Shown here: one piece after another, positions 24,100 to 37,120 of the stretch
How positions within the stretch are numbered: position 1 is the first letter of the stretch
How the letters are laid out: every line of letters begins with the position of its first letter
Assembly: GCA_013265495.1 (NCBI GenBank)
Contig: MU060667.1
Span: 372,001 to 436,000 of the forward strand
Length of the DNA: 64,000 bases
Direction of reading: 5' to 3'
Source: Vicugna vicugna
Taxonomy: Eukaryota
Translations under genes and position numbers: made by a program
Notes under the pieces: model-generated
The model's input: the letters and a program-made list of their open reading frames with translations, nothing else
The model's database searches: none
Told to the model about the DNA's origin: nothing

Positions 24100-25960
24100 A
24101 ATTACACTGTGAGCGAGACGCTCACTTGTGCTGCAGGGGAAAGACTCCAGCAAGTGAGGCGATAACGATCGGGGAGGGGGCGTGTGTAATTTTAAATAGG
24201 GTGGTCAGGTCAGCAGAGATCTGCAAATGTGAGTCATATGTATATCTGGGGAAGAACATTTCTGGCAACTGAGAACAGCCAGTGCAAAGGTCTGGAGGCA
24301 GTGTGTGCTGGGGGTGGGTGTACGTGGGACAGCAAAGAGGCCAGGGTGGGTGAATCAAAGTGATGGAGGGAGGAAAGACAGTGAGGTCTTAGAGAGCCAG
24401 GTGGGCCATAGGACTCAGGCTGTGTGGGAGAGGGGCACAGGGTCAGTGCTAAGGAGAGAAATGATGTGATCTGAAATACTGCTTCAACTGGAGAATGAGA
24501 ACAGCTGGTAGGAGACAAGCGTGGAAGCAGGTGGACCAGTAAGGAGGCTTGGGGTAAGGAGTGGGTAAAAGGCAGATGCAGCGGGGAAGGAGACTGCTGG
24601 TAAACCAGCTCTCCTTGAGGGAACAAAGAAAGCCCTGATGTGGTCATTCACGGTGACCCACTTCCACCACAGCGGAGTCACTACAAGTGGCTGGCAAATT
24701 TCTCGTAAGCTGGTACTAAGGGACTCCAGCACATCACAGGGACCCTGGGGGGTGTGGTGAAAAGTGAACAGTTTCTGGATATTCTCTGATGATAGAGCCA
24801 GAAGGAGTTCCTGATATGAGAGGTGAGAGAAAGGCCTAGGGTGATTGCAAGGCTGCCCGGTTTAACGGTGATCAGGAGCGCTCACCGCTGTTGCCACCCC
24901 TCCCTCCCTCCTGGAAAAGCTCTTCCCTGCCTTCTGGAGTACCATCCCTCCCTCTGCCCTGGCTCTTGTGGTCCATCTCTTGCCACTCTTTCTAGACTCC
25001 CTGGCAGCCTTAGCTTCCTGGTTCTTACCCTTGATCGCTGGGGTTTTGTAAGTCTCCTTTCCGGGACCCCACCTCTCTGAGGCTCCACTGCTCCAGGTAA
25101 TCTCAACCACAGCGCCCGTGACCGCCTACGTGGTTTTGACTCACAAGCTGGCATCATGGCCCTGGCTCTCCTCTTAGCTCCAGACCCATAAATCCTAACA
25201 CCTCTTGGGCCTCTTTCTTGGATGTCTCAAAAACACATCAAACTCAACATGTGCAAATATGAACTCACTGTGCCCCCACGCCACCCCCGCCCCGCCCCAC
25301 CCTGTCCCCTGATCTCCCCATCTCAGGGCCAGATGAGTCAGAAACCCGCAACTGCTTCTGAATGCCTCCCTCTCTTACTTCTCACCTGGAACCAACTCTG
25401 CACCGAGTTCTCTGGATTTCACCTCCCAGGTAGTCTGGAAGCCACCCCCCCACTTTGTCCATTTCTACCATCAACCCTCCCTGGTCATCTCTAATGGCCT
25501 GGCGCCTGGGCTCCTGGCATTCCATTGTGTGTCCTGCCAAGCCCCTCCTCATCCTGTAGATAGAATTTCCAACATGCAAGTCTCATCATGTCACGCCCTT
25601 GCAAAAACCTCTTAACGCTTTCTGATGCTTTTAGGAGTGTCACCCTGGCCTACAGGGGCTTGCATTGTCAGCCTCTTCCAGCCCTGACCGTGTGCCCTTG
25701 CCCTCCGCCAGGCACACCAGCTTTCTGTTACTCTCTGTACCTCAGGGCCTTTACATATGCTCTCGCCTTTGCCTGGAGTGCCTTTCCCTACCTGTTTTTG
25801 TGAGTTAGCCTTCAGATCGAGGCTCAGACATTGCTTTCTCAGAGATGTCTTCCCCCACCTCTCTGGCCGGGTCAGATCCTGCTCATTATTATCTTTTCTC
25901 ATAGCACCATGTGCCTCTCCTTCATGATTTGAAAGCTGTAGTTGTCTGTTTTTTTTGTGC
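24100..25960. mobile_element. Cluster of L2 fragments in both orientations
   Basis: For example atgtctcaaaaacacatcaaactcaacatgt (+) and gagccagtgcaaaggtctggaggc..gtgtg (-). Confidence 0.6.
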
Positions 25961-26289
25961 AGCTTCTTGACTCGTGCAGGTTTCCCCCACATGTCTTGCA
26001 GCCCCATTTTGCCTGCCACTGTCTCATCACAGTGAAGGGAGGGCACTGGAATTACACTGAGTTTGAATCCTGATCTGGCACTGAGTGGCAATGTGTTCTT
26101 GGGTAAGTTATGTCACTTGACTGGAGATAATGGTAAACCTGTCTTACAGGGTTGTTGTGGAGACGACAGGGCTCAATGTCAACGACATAACACACTGCCT
26201 GTCACAGAGGAAACACTGGGGGTGGGACATCTTTGGTTCCAACTCTTCATCCGTGCCTGGCCTCGGCCTCTTTCTGGGCAAAATGAATT

Positions 26290-26700
26290 TCATTGCCCTT
26301 TTGATTCCAAGTCTGGCCATGTGACTTGCTCTGGCCTGGAATGGGGTGGAAGTGACGGCATGCCAGTTCCGAGTCTAGGCCTTCAGACACCTTGCCAATT
26401 CCCGTTTGTCCTCTTGATTTTCTGCCATTGCCACAAGATAAGTAAGTCTCCGAGCCAGAAACCCCAGGGAAAGGGACTCTGAGAAGTGTTAAGCCTAGTT
26501 AAGATGACACATCAAAGCTGCCACACCTGAAAAGCCCCCCTCAGACTGATTCTTAGGGCAGAAGCAACTGATTAGATGAGTTCTTGCAAAGGAGGGACTG
26601 AGTGTAATCGTTTCCAAGGGTGTGTGTGTTTTGAGTCTATTCGCTAAATGACTGTTATGGGACATGGATGTCTGGGAGGCGTGAAGGAAGTCAGTTTTGT
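26290..26700 (+). mobile_element. MLT1-type LTR
   Basis: ggccatgtgacttgctctggcc..gaatgggg.ggaagtgac..catgccagttccgag.ctaggcc. Confidence 0.6.
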
Positions 26701-27339
26701 TCAACACCCACTAAGGGTCAGGTAACTTACATATTTGGTCTCATTTCATCCTCAGAACAATTTTTGAGGTGGGTAATTGATCAAACCTAGCAGACAGATG
26801 AGGAAATTGAGGCTCATAGCCTCATCCTTCCCCCTAGACAGGCTGGAGCTTCAAAAGAAAGTGAAGGTTTATCTTCACTGTATGGAGAAGAGGCAGATGA
26901 AAAGCAGAAGGCTGTTTCCTGGTTTGGAAGGAGGCCCGGCAGGGGGTGAGTCTCAGGACACTCTCTGAGCTGGGAGAGGAGGCCGGCACTGTGAAGATGC
27001 AGCAGGAACATGGAGGCCCAACAGAATCGGGGTTCTGTTAGACGGGAAAGAGGTAATGGCTTGGGAAGGCAGCCAGCAGGCTGTGTTACCAGCACAGGTA
27101 GTGGGCTGAGGAGCCATGATATTTAAGTGGTTCTGTTCGGCAGTCAGATAAGTGGGGGCATTGGGTAGAAAAGGTGGAGGAGAGGGAGGATGGTCTGGAA
27201 GATGGTGATATGCCCTCTGTCCGCATAAGGGGATTTACTTCCTCTAAATGAGGGCCAGCAAGAAGCCAGCTGGGACCAGACGGCTGCAGCTGCACGGTAT
27301 CAACAAGGGATGCCTAACCGGACGTGACTCAGTGCTCAG

Positions 27340-27660
27340 TGTGATATAATTAGCATTGCGGTTTAGGCCCCCTCTCATGGGTTTTTCTGTGCATCATAGG
27401 TAAGGATGTGCACAAAAGGGGGTGGGCATGACTAAGCGCTCCAAGGGCAAGAGCTGTCAAGAGACCGCCCCCAAGCAAGGGTATAGGACAGGAGGGTCAA
27501 AGAGACCACTGCCATCCTCCCTTGGGTCAGCCCATCTTCTGCTCCTGGAGGTGTACTTTTGCTTTGCTAATAAAATCTTTTGCTACACAATGCTTTTGTC
27601 TCTCGTCTGAATTCTTCTCTTTTGGGCAAGACAAGAACTGAGGCATTCCCCTTTTGGAAT
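27340..27660 (+). mobile_element. ERV1-type solo LTR
   Basis: Begins tgtgat. AATAAA at 27569-27574, followed by a typical U5 (tctctcgtctgaattcttct...gacaagaac). Confidence 0.65.
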
Positions 27661-28384
27661 AATCGTTCTTTCTGTTGAGTAGCTAAGGTGGAGGATCCAG
27701 AGGCCTCAGTTGCTGGAAAGGCATCCATGGGCACTGTCTACACCAACAGGTCTGGAAACCCAGGCTGGGCAGATGGGTACGAAGGTTTGGAACCCAGCCG
27801 GGCTCTGGGTTTCTTTAGAACCATCTCTGCCCATGTGCTCTGAGCCTGCTGCCAAGAATAGGTCATACTGTTGCATGACACATGGATCACTGGGGCTGGA
27901 AGCCCTCAGAGACAAGAAGACTATCAGTTCATTCCATAGGGGAGGAACCAGGAATGGAACTGGCCTGCATCCAGCATTGCAAGGATGGAGGTGTGTGTCT
28001 CCCAGCCCTGCAGGGGCTCAGAGCACTTAATGTCCGTGGCTCCTGTTGAGCACCTGGCTAGGCTGCCAGAATGGTTGTTTTGGTCATTATTTGTCTGTAC
28101 ACTTGTTCTGCCAACTGGATGGATTTCCCCTACAAGGGCACCAACTCTTTAAGGGCAGGGTTTTCTCTTCCACCTTTATTTCCCTGCCTGGATCTGTCCT
28201 ACCCTCCGTATTCCATCTCCATGACCAGAGCCTCCAAGCTGGCTTCTGGCTTTAGTCTAACAAACTCCTTCAGCTTTAGTCCAGGAATGGAATGTAAAGT
28301 AGTGGTTCTCAACTTTTTAAACCTTTTTTTTCCTTCCTTCCTACTTTCCTTCCTCCCTGTTGCCAAAACACAGCCTCCATACCC

Positions 28385-28800
28385 TGCTTACTGAATTGAG
28401 ACTTGAGGATGAGTTTTGGACGAAGTAGAAAAGGCAACTTTATTTCTTTGCCAGGTAAAGGAGGCCACAGTGGGCTAATGCCTCTAAGACTGTGAGCCTG
28501 CTGGGGAGAGAGGGCAGGGGGTTTTATAGTAAAAGTTCAAGAGTTCAAGGGGCAGAGCTAGTTTCCACAGAGATCACATACAGGGTAACAGATTGTTGAC
28601 AAGTTGTTCTTGTTTTTGCAGATGTGGTGGTCCCTACTGGGTATGAAGTTCACCTCTGGCTTTGGGACTAGTAATATTCTCATACCTAGAACAAAGGATG
28701 CACAGGAAGGGGCTCCAAGGAAAAGAGCTCTAGAGAAAAACTTGTGCAGTTTAAGGTCAGGTTGATAAATGCTTTTAGCCTTTTAAGCAGGTTGAGGCCT
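28385..28800 (-). mobile_element. ERV1-type solo LTR, same family as 10140-10640
   Basis: Minus-strand AATAAA (28439-28444) and TATAAAA (28522-28528), plus the shared sequence block. Confidence 0.7.
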
Positions 28801-29199
28801 AGAACCTCCTGCTGCAGGTGGAGGCCTGCAGCTCGAACAACAGGATACAAGGAAACCACAAGAGGCAAAGAGGAAGGGACTGGGGTCAGGAGCAGGGCAC
28901 TGGGGGCAAAAGCAGGGCACTGAGCATAAACCCTGCATGAAGCAAGAGCACCACAAGGGAGGTGGGCAGATCACCCAAGCCTCCCTCCTCTCCAGCCTAA
29001 CCCTAGTCAACAAGAGCATGAGGAAAACCCTTTAAACCATGATACACTTAAGCAGTTACAAACACCATTACAGATATCAGATGGTCACCAGTGATGACAA
29101 TAGGGTACTGCTAGGTTACACTTCCTTCCTTCCTTTCTTCCTCCCCACTCTCCTCCTCCTTCTTCTCCCCTTACATCCTCCCTCCTTCCCTCCTTTTCT

Positions 29200-31140
29200 T
29201 TCTGATGTACAATTATATGAATTTTAATAGCTGTAGATACTTGAGTAATCACCACCACAATCAAAACAGCTCTCTCACTCCAAAAAAACTTGTGTTACTT
29301 CTTTTAATGATACTGTTTCCCCACTCCCACCCCTGACAACTACTGGTCTGTTCTCCATCATGATAGCTTTATTCTTTCAAGAATGTCATATAAAACGAAC
29401 CATTCAGTATTTAACCTTTTGAGACTCAGCATAATGCCCTTGAGAGTCACTTAAGTTGTTTCATGTATCAATATTCTTACCTTTTCACTGCTGAGTCATT
29501 CCGTTGTATGGATGTATCACAGTTTGTTCATCCATTCATTTGCTTATGGACATCTGGATTGTTTCCAGCTTTTGATGATTATGAATGAAAATTCTGTAAA
29601 TATTCATGAATAGAATTTCGCCTTAAACATACATTTTTATTTCTCTAGAGTAAATACCCAGCAGTGGGAATCCTGGGTCATATGGTAACTCTATGACTAA
29701 CTTTATAAGAAAGTGCCAAGCTGTTTCTGAGTGTTTTCCAGTGGCTGTGCCATTTTGCATTCCTACTAGCAGTGCATTAGCCCCAGTTGCACAGCATCTT
29801 TGCCAGCACTTGATATTTTTACATTTTAGCATTCTAATAGTTGAGTGGTTGTATTTAATTGTATTTAAATTTGTATTACACTAATGGCTAATGATGTTGG
29901 ACATCTTTTTGTATGCCTATTTACCATCCATATATCCTTTTAGTGANNNNNNNNNNNNNNNNNNNNNNNNNNNNNNNNNNNNNNNNNNNNNNNNNNNNNN
30001 NNNNNNNNNNNNNNNNNNNNNNNNNNNNNNNNNNNNNNNNNNNNNNNNNNNNNNNNNNNNNNNNNNNNNNNNNNNNNNNNNNNNNNNNNNNNNNNNNNNN
30101 NNNNNNNNNNNNNNNNNNGAGAACACAGTTTTCATTTTGATGAAGTCCAGTTTCCCAGTTTTTTCTTTTATGGGTCATGTTTTTGATGTCATGTATAAGA
30201 ACTGTTTGCCTAAACTCAGATCACAAAGATTTTTCCCTAAAACTCTTATGGTTTTACGTAAGTTATTAGATCTATGGTCTATTTTTGTATGAGCTTTAGA
30301 TGGAGGTCTTTTTTTTTTTAGTCTATGAATATTCAATTGTTTCAAAACCATTGGTTGAAAAAATTACCCTTCCTCCATTGATTTGTCCTTGCACCTTTGT
30401 CAAAAATCAATTGGTCGTATTTGTGTGGTCGTATTTCTAGCTTCCAGGGATTGGCAAACATTTTCTGTGAAGGGCCATATAATAAATATTTTAGCATATC
30501 TTGGCCACATGGTCTTTGCCTCATTTTTTTTAAAATAAACCAATCCTTTAAAAATGTAAAAATTAGTCTTAGCTCATAGGTCATATGAAAATAAACCTCA
30601 GGGCAGCTTTGGTTGGGCTCTATTTTGCAGACTCCTGCTCTGTTCCATTTCATTGATCTGTGTCTCCCTGTCACCAATACCACACTGGATTGTGGCAGCT
30701 TTATAGTACGTCTTAAAATTAGGTAGGGTGAGTGCTCCAACTTTATCTCTGTCTTTTAATTGGTGCTTTTAGACCATTTTCATTTTATGTAATTATTGAT
30801 ATGTTTGGACTCAGTTCTACCATCTTATGCTTTGCTCTCTTTGTTTTATTGTTCCTTTTTTCCCTTTCCTGTCTTCCTTTGGGCTGTTTGAACATTCTTT
30901 TTGGTATTCTATTTTGATTTATCTGTTATGTTTTTGCATACATCCCTTTATTTGTTGATTGCACCGAGGAATACAATATACATGCAGAACTTTCCTCCAT
31001 CTTCTTGTATTCAATATTTTACCACTTAAAGTAGAATGTTCTTTTCTAGCCCTTTAAGTCCCTTAGCCATCCCCCTCTTTAAGATACATCTGTCTTATGA
31101 CATTTACACACACTGAAAGCCCCATCAGACAATGTTATAT
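29200..31140 (-). mobile_element. Old L1M (MB/MC-like) 3' region with an internal MER58 insertion and N-run 29947-30118
   Basis: gtatggatgtatcacagtttgttcatccattca, tgggtcatatggtaactctatg..taacttt.taaga and ttttcattttgatgaagtcca. Confidence 0.8.
30445..30637 (+). mobile_element. MER58-type hAT-Charlie MITE
   Basis: cagggattggcaaacattttctgt.aagggcca.ata.taaatatttt ... ttgcagactcctg terminal inverted repeats. Confidence 0.75.
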
Positions 31141-31144
31141 TTTC

Positions 31145-31655
31145 CTTTTTTTTTTAAACTTTTTTAAATTGAAGTATAGTCAGTTAACAATGTTGTGTCA
31201 ATTTCTGGTGTACGGCACAATGCTTCAGTCATACATAAATATGCATATATTCATTTTCATATTTTTTCACCATAAGCTACTACAAGATATTAAATATAGT
31301 TCCTTGTGCTGCACAGTATAAACTTGTTTATCTATTTTATATGTACCAGTCAGTATCTGCAAATCTTGAACTCCTAATTTATCCCTTCCCACCCTCTTCC
31401 CCCATGGTAACCATAAGTTTTTTTCTATGCCTGTGAGTCTGTTTCTGTTTTATAAATAAGTTCATTTGTCTTTTTTTTTTAGATTCCACATATGAATGAT
31501 ATCATATGGTATTTTTCTTTCTTTTTCTGGCTTAACTTCACTTAGAATGACCATCTCCAGGGCCATCCATATTGCTGCAAATAGCATTTTTATTCTTCTT
31601 TATGGCTGAGTAGTACTCTGTTGTATAAATATACCACAACTTCTTTATCCAGTCA
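31145..31655 (-). mobile_element. Young L1 3' end inserted into an older L1
   Basis: Reverse complement of the family at 4108-4681 (gagtctgtttctgttt, ttagattccacatatga.tgatatcatatggtatttttctttc). Confidence 0.85.
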
Positions 31656-32209
31656 TCTGTATTATACTTTCTGCTTTAACTGTTAAATATATTTTATAGA
31701 ACTCAAGAAAGAAGAATGTTCTAATATTTACCCAGATACCATTTCTGTTGCTCTTCCTTCCTTCCTGAGAGCCATTCTCTTCTGGTATCATTTCCTTCCT
31801 GCCTTTAGACCAGTTCTGCTGACAGTGAATTCTCTTCATTTTCCTTCATCTAAGAGTGTCTATTTTAACTTCATCACTGCAGGATATTTTCATGGATGCA
31901 GAGTTCTGGGTTGACAGTTCTTTTCCTTCAGCATTTAAAAAAATATTCTCCTTACTTCTGGCTTCCATGGTTTCTGATGATAATCTCCAGTCCCCTCAGA
32001 CAACCTCCTATTCATCTCCAAAACCTAGATCAGGTCTTATTTCTCATTCAAACTATGCTGATTTTATGCAGCTTCTCTCTGCCCCAGGATACAAGCCAAT
32101 CACTCCTTCCGTTACACGAAGTCATGGTACACATCATTGTATGCTGCAGTGATCCAATCACATGTTGGGCACACCAACTTGCTCTTTGTTGTGTTCACCA
32201 ACTGAGGGA

Positions 32210-32310
32210 TGGGAGAGAAAGAAAGGAAGGAAGGAAGAAAAGAGGAAGAAGATGAAGGAATAGAGAAGATGATGAGAAGGAAGAGAAGGAGGAGATTAAG
32301 AAGAAGCTGA
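32210..32310. repeat. Purine-rich (GAA/GGA) low-complexity tract
   Basis: Direct observation. Confidence 0.85.
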
Positions 32311-33689
32311 AGACTGATCACCTCCCAGGAACCTCAGATGACCTCTGAGTTCAGAGGATGTTTCTGAAATGGAACTAATTTGTAAACGGAAGTACTCTGT
32401 CTGGAAGAAAGCCAATGTGCAACCACGTCGTGGGGCTTCTATGCCTACCCAGCTGCAGGAAATTCCCAGGTGGTTCAGGAAGCAGTTGACGAGGGGTTGC
32501 AATGTTCCTGTGGACTCCTCCATGTGTTCCTTCATTGTTTGACTATCCTGGGCCACATTGGCATCTTTTTCAGCAGACTTCAATGCTTACACCCAAGGGA
32601 AACCTGCTTCAGTAATCAATTTTCTTGAACCGAGGCAAACCACTGGAGAGCATTTTGGAGATGGCAGGGCCCATCAGAGTTGCTCAGCTCATGGTGACAA
32701 GACAGTTATTGATTCTACAAGACTCTGGACCAAGGCCTTTGGTCTCTGCTCAGCCCCTGGGCCTGCGAGATCACAGCTTTCTTCCTCTTCCTCTTCTTCC
32801 TTTTTCTTCTTCCTCCCTTCCCCTTAACCCCTATCCATTTAAAAAACAAACTCCAATATCTCTGAAGTACAACCTCCAAGTTTCTATAGCTTCATCTCTG
32901 TGTTCAGAATTCTTTGTAAGCATATGTGAATGGGGCCTCATGTCCAACTACATTCTGAAGGGCCACTCACAAGGTTCACTTTCCACTCACCTCTCAAAGC
33001 TTTGTTCATCTCCCCCTCTTCTATGAAGCTTTTTAGAACCTCCTGATTTGGAACTAAACTTGGCAGAATGAATTGAAACCACTGGTGGGTTCTCATGTGC
33101 TGGACACAAGAGACTACATAGATCAGGCACAGCTCTCTGACTCCCAGGGCCAGGAAGAAGACCAAGGACTGAATCGTATATATGGCCTGTGCCTGTGTTA
33201 TCAGAGTCCCGGGGGAGCCACCTTGCTTCTGGAATTCTAGAAACAGGAGTCCTAACTCTTTCATAACTCACTCGCTTTTCCCAGGCCTCAGTTCATTTGG
33301 TGCTGAACCAGAGATTTGGTTTTCAAGCTCCATTCTGTGGACCCAAGTCTGTGATGCTTTGGCTGGGTGCAGGGGTGGCCAGGGGTGGGGGGGATATGGA
33401 ATGTGTGTGGGTTCTGGGTCTCCTGCTCCCAACTTTAGCCAGATCAGCTCCACTTTTATCTGCGTCTTTTACCTTATATAACCAATTTCATTTGAACAAC
33501 AGATTGCTCAGCTTTTAAAGTTTGAAAGTCACTAAACTAGGTGACCAAAGTAGCCATGCCATGGCATGGTAGCCATGGCACTCTGGACTCATAGGTTTGC
33601 CACAAAATGTGGACACAGAAACTTAGAAAAGATCTCTGGGCATATCAGGCTATTGGCAACGCATAGTGCTTGAGTATACTCTTAGATAC

Positions 33690-33800
33690 ACTGGCAACTG
33701 TTTAACAACCAGTTTTCCGGGATTGAGAGGAGGAAGCCCTGATTGGCAGTGTTTGCTGATTTCCACGGTGTAAATTCTCCAACATGGCCAATTTCAAGTT
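33690..33800. mobile_element. MER63-type (hAT-Blackjack) fragment
   Basis: ttaacaaccag...gccctgattggcagtgtttgctgatttccacggtgtaaattctcc..catggccaatttcaag. Confidence 0.55.
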
Positions 33801-34029
33801 ATCAATGTTAAACTCTTTGAATGCAAGAGATGCATGTAATAGGCTCACGGGCTGACTTTAGTACATCACTGGTTACAGAGCAACAATTAAAGACCCATCT
33901 GTCCCCCCTTTTGGATTTAGAGCCAACTAAGATACAGACTCCGGAGACAGGTGGAGGCTCCAACTCAGTCTCATTACGAGCAAAGCTGGTCAGGTGTGGT
34001 AGGTTGGATTATTGGCCAGGTACCCGCTG

Positions 34030-35790
34030 GCACTAGTTCTGGAGGTGATGTGCTTCCTTCTTCCGTTGATTTGGGGCTCAGGCATGTGACTTGCCTCCTG
34101 TTCCAAGCCTGAGCCTTAAATGGCCGCGTGTGTTTTTGCTTGCCCTTTTGAACTTGCGCCATCCACATGAGATGTCCAAATAATGCTTTGCGTCCAGGGG
34201 AGGAGGCTCCAGGGCAGCGCTGACCCCCTCAGCTGACTCGCGGATTCCTGAGCTAAATAAATGCTTGGTGTTTTGCGCTTCAGGGCTTTTGTGGTTTTCA
34301 TCAGACGGCATTTCTGGTGCTTATTCAGAAATTGGTACCTAGGATGGGAGGCTGCTATAACAAGTCTTAAAATATGTAGCCTAGGCTTGGAATTGGGTAG
34401 TGAGGAAATTTAGAGGAGGTTGGAAAAAAATGGCCAAAAAAAAAAAAAAGGGTGACCTGGGCTATGTGCTGAAGAAATATTTGGTGAAATTATTGCCTAT
34501 GGTAATTTGGGAGGGAGAAAACATTCCTATGAATTTGTGGAATTTGGCAGGCTGGTTTCCAGGAAGAATATTGTAAACAGGAGCTTCTTTTAGCTATAAA
34601 TGATAAAGTATAATGAGGAGGAGATGAGTTCAGAAAGGAACTAGCCAGTTTACAGCAGAATTTAGAAAATAAAATGATTCCTCATCGCCAGTCTCTTCAG
34701 CCACTGAAAGATTTTTTTAAAGCATTTTTTTTGGGTTATATTTTCTAAGTTTTTTTTTTAGTTAAAATTTTTTTTTCTTGTTTTGAGGAGTAGGTAGTTA
34801 GGTTTATTTATTTAGTTAGTTAGTTTAATGGAAATACTGGGGACTGAACCCAGGACCTCTGGCTTCCAACTTCCTTCAGCCAGGAAGAGGGTGAAGAGGT
34901 TGCTGTCCAGGTGGGCATCCTTTCCAGTGCCCTCTTCAGAAGCTGGGAGGTTGATGGAAAAGGAAGAAACCCGCCCCCTGCCGCAAAGTGGCAGCCAGAG
35001 CCATGGAGCACAATAAACTGGGGAGTCGCTTAAGGACCATTCCACCCCAGAGCAGGGCCGCCGGCAACATTTGCCCAGCAGGTCTTCAGATGCTGTGGAC
35101 CAGTGGCTGAGAGGAGTGGCAACTGCGGTGATTCTAGCCCAGTTCCACACTGTGTGCCTGGTGGGGTGGGTGTGCCTGGGGGACAGAGAACTCTTTTTAA
35201 TTCATGAGTCTCGGGGTCAAGAAGAGCCACATCCAGAAGAGACGTAGACCATGTGATTGTAGATTTTGGACCTGAAGATTGATTGGATAGACTGTTGGGA
35301 GTCTTGGGTGAACACAGTGTGCACGGGGGAGGCACATGCATCTCTGTCTCTGTGAGAGCAGACTGTGGGAGATTGTATAATTGTTGAGAAATCTTCACTC
35401 CACCCCTCTCGCTCCCATGGAAGGAGTACACTTCCCACAATGACTGAGGATGGGTTTGGCCACATGACTTGGTTTTGCAAGAATGAGGTGAAACTGAAGG
35501 TGCACTGGGTTTGAGCAGAGACTTAAAGAGGACTCGCATTCTTCTGCTTGCTCTCTTGTGCTTATACCATCACCACAAGAAGGCAGTGCCCAGGCCAGCA
35601 TCCCGCTCTGGGGAGGAAGATGAGTCACACGGAGCAGAATCAACCTGTTCCAGCCAAGCTGGCTAGATTAGAGGCTCCCAGCTGAACTGCAGAGCTGCCC
35701 AGCCCAGCCCAACCCGAATCAGTCAATTCTCAGTGAACCCAGATTCATAAGCAAAAGACGCTGTTAATATGATGCTGAGGCTTCACAGTA
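34030..35790 (+). mobile_element. Degenerate MLT1 MaLR provirus (5'LTR ~34030-34330, internal ~34330-35340, 3'LTR ~35340-35790) with a truncated SINE at ~34725-34860(-)
   Basis: Two MLT1-like LTR segments (catgtgacttg / cacatgacttgg) flank MLT-int-like sequence. Boundaries approximate. Confidence 0.55.
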
Positions 35791-37114
35791 TTATTATGCA
35801 GCGTGATCAAGGCCTTAGTTAACCAGTATGTGGCTGAGTTGAATGGCTTCAATGGGCTTCTTAACACTTTGCTCATCTGGTCTCAGGCAGCACCAGACAA
35901 CTCTAGGCCTCCCCTTGCCCCCAAAGCAGGGCAGAGCTGCTTCTGGAGACTTAACGTGATGAAACCGAGGAGGTGCGATGCTTGAAGATGGGCTTGGAGA
36001 GGCAGAGGAAAGGGCCCAGCCAGGCATGGACAGTTCCTCCTCTGTCAGTGGAGTGGGTCCTCCCCAGGGGGGGGCTCCCCGGGGGTGTGACGCTCTGGTC
36101 TTTCCACCAGGATACGGCCAGAGAAGGGACGGTTCCCCTAACACACAGCAAAGACTCTGGGACGCGTTCAGAAAGGAAAGCCGCTGAATTCTGTTTGCCT
36201 CGGGGGTTTCCTACACGTTATTTCCCAGAGAACGCCTCTTCAGACCCCCCGATGACATCCCACGGAACTGGCTTTGAGCTGAATGCCCTCCATGTGGCTT
36301 TGGCTTCCTATCCCCACGCTGGGCCACAAGGTTTGGCTCATGGAAAGGGGGGAGCTCAGGGGCCCACTGGCCCTAGAGAAGGTGTCTTCTACCCCTCCAA
36401 CCCAGTCCTGGGCCCTCCTCGCCAGTACTTTGTTCCAGTTCCAGAATTCATCCCAGACCTCATGCCCCCCTCACTGGTCCCCCTGAGGTTCACAGCAGTA
36501 GCCTGATCGCTGTGATCACAGGCAGGCCACTGGCCTCGAGACCTGGGCTCTCCCTGTGCACCTGCCAGGGCCGCTTCCGAGGGCTCAGGCCCTGCTGCGG
36601 CTGCTCCCCACGGGCCCCTGTGTACAAGGCCGGCTGCTGGGTATCCTGGGGCTCCACCTGCCTGTCCTGACTCTCCTTCTGCCCCAGAGCACAGGGGTCC
36701 ACCTGTCTTCTTCCCCTCCCCCGCGCCACGACTCAAACATCCTCATCAGACGGCCTGTCAGACAGGAAATTCGGACATGAGGCTGGCTTGGGATGATAGC
36801 TGCACCTGGTTCTCAGCAAATCCACTTGGATCTGCCCACCAGCTGGCTGGAAGAACAGCCAGATACCCACTGTAACACATAAACCCTGCCCACCCCCACT
36901 CCCCGTCCCAGCTCCCAAGGCAACAAACAAACAGCCACTAAATGCCTCAGCATTAAACATTTCTTGGTGAAGGCGGGATAGTCCATTTTAAGGCTGCTGA
37001 GAAAAAATACAGCCTAATTTCCGTTCAAATGCACCAAATTTACTGCCCTGGTTTTCATTAACTACTGTCAAGGAAGAAGCAGACAGACAAAATAAATTAT
37101 GAAAAAATTACTTT

Positions 37115-37120
37115 TTTAAT
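37115..37120 (-). terminator. Probable main poly(A) signal ATTAAA of GLI2
   Basis: Plus-strand tttaat. UGUA motifs lie upstream and a U/GU-rich element lies downstream in transcript orientation. Confidence 0.65.

Noticed and set aside
32210-32825. Purine tract and complementary pyrimidine tract ~500 bp apart as a possible hairpin or triplex
   Set aside because: Complementarity is only compositional, between two ordinary low-complexity tracts.
33554-33569. Perfect 16-bp palindrome ccatgccatggcatgg
   Set aside because: Short, isolated and built from a low-complexity ccatg repeat; no functional context.
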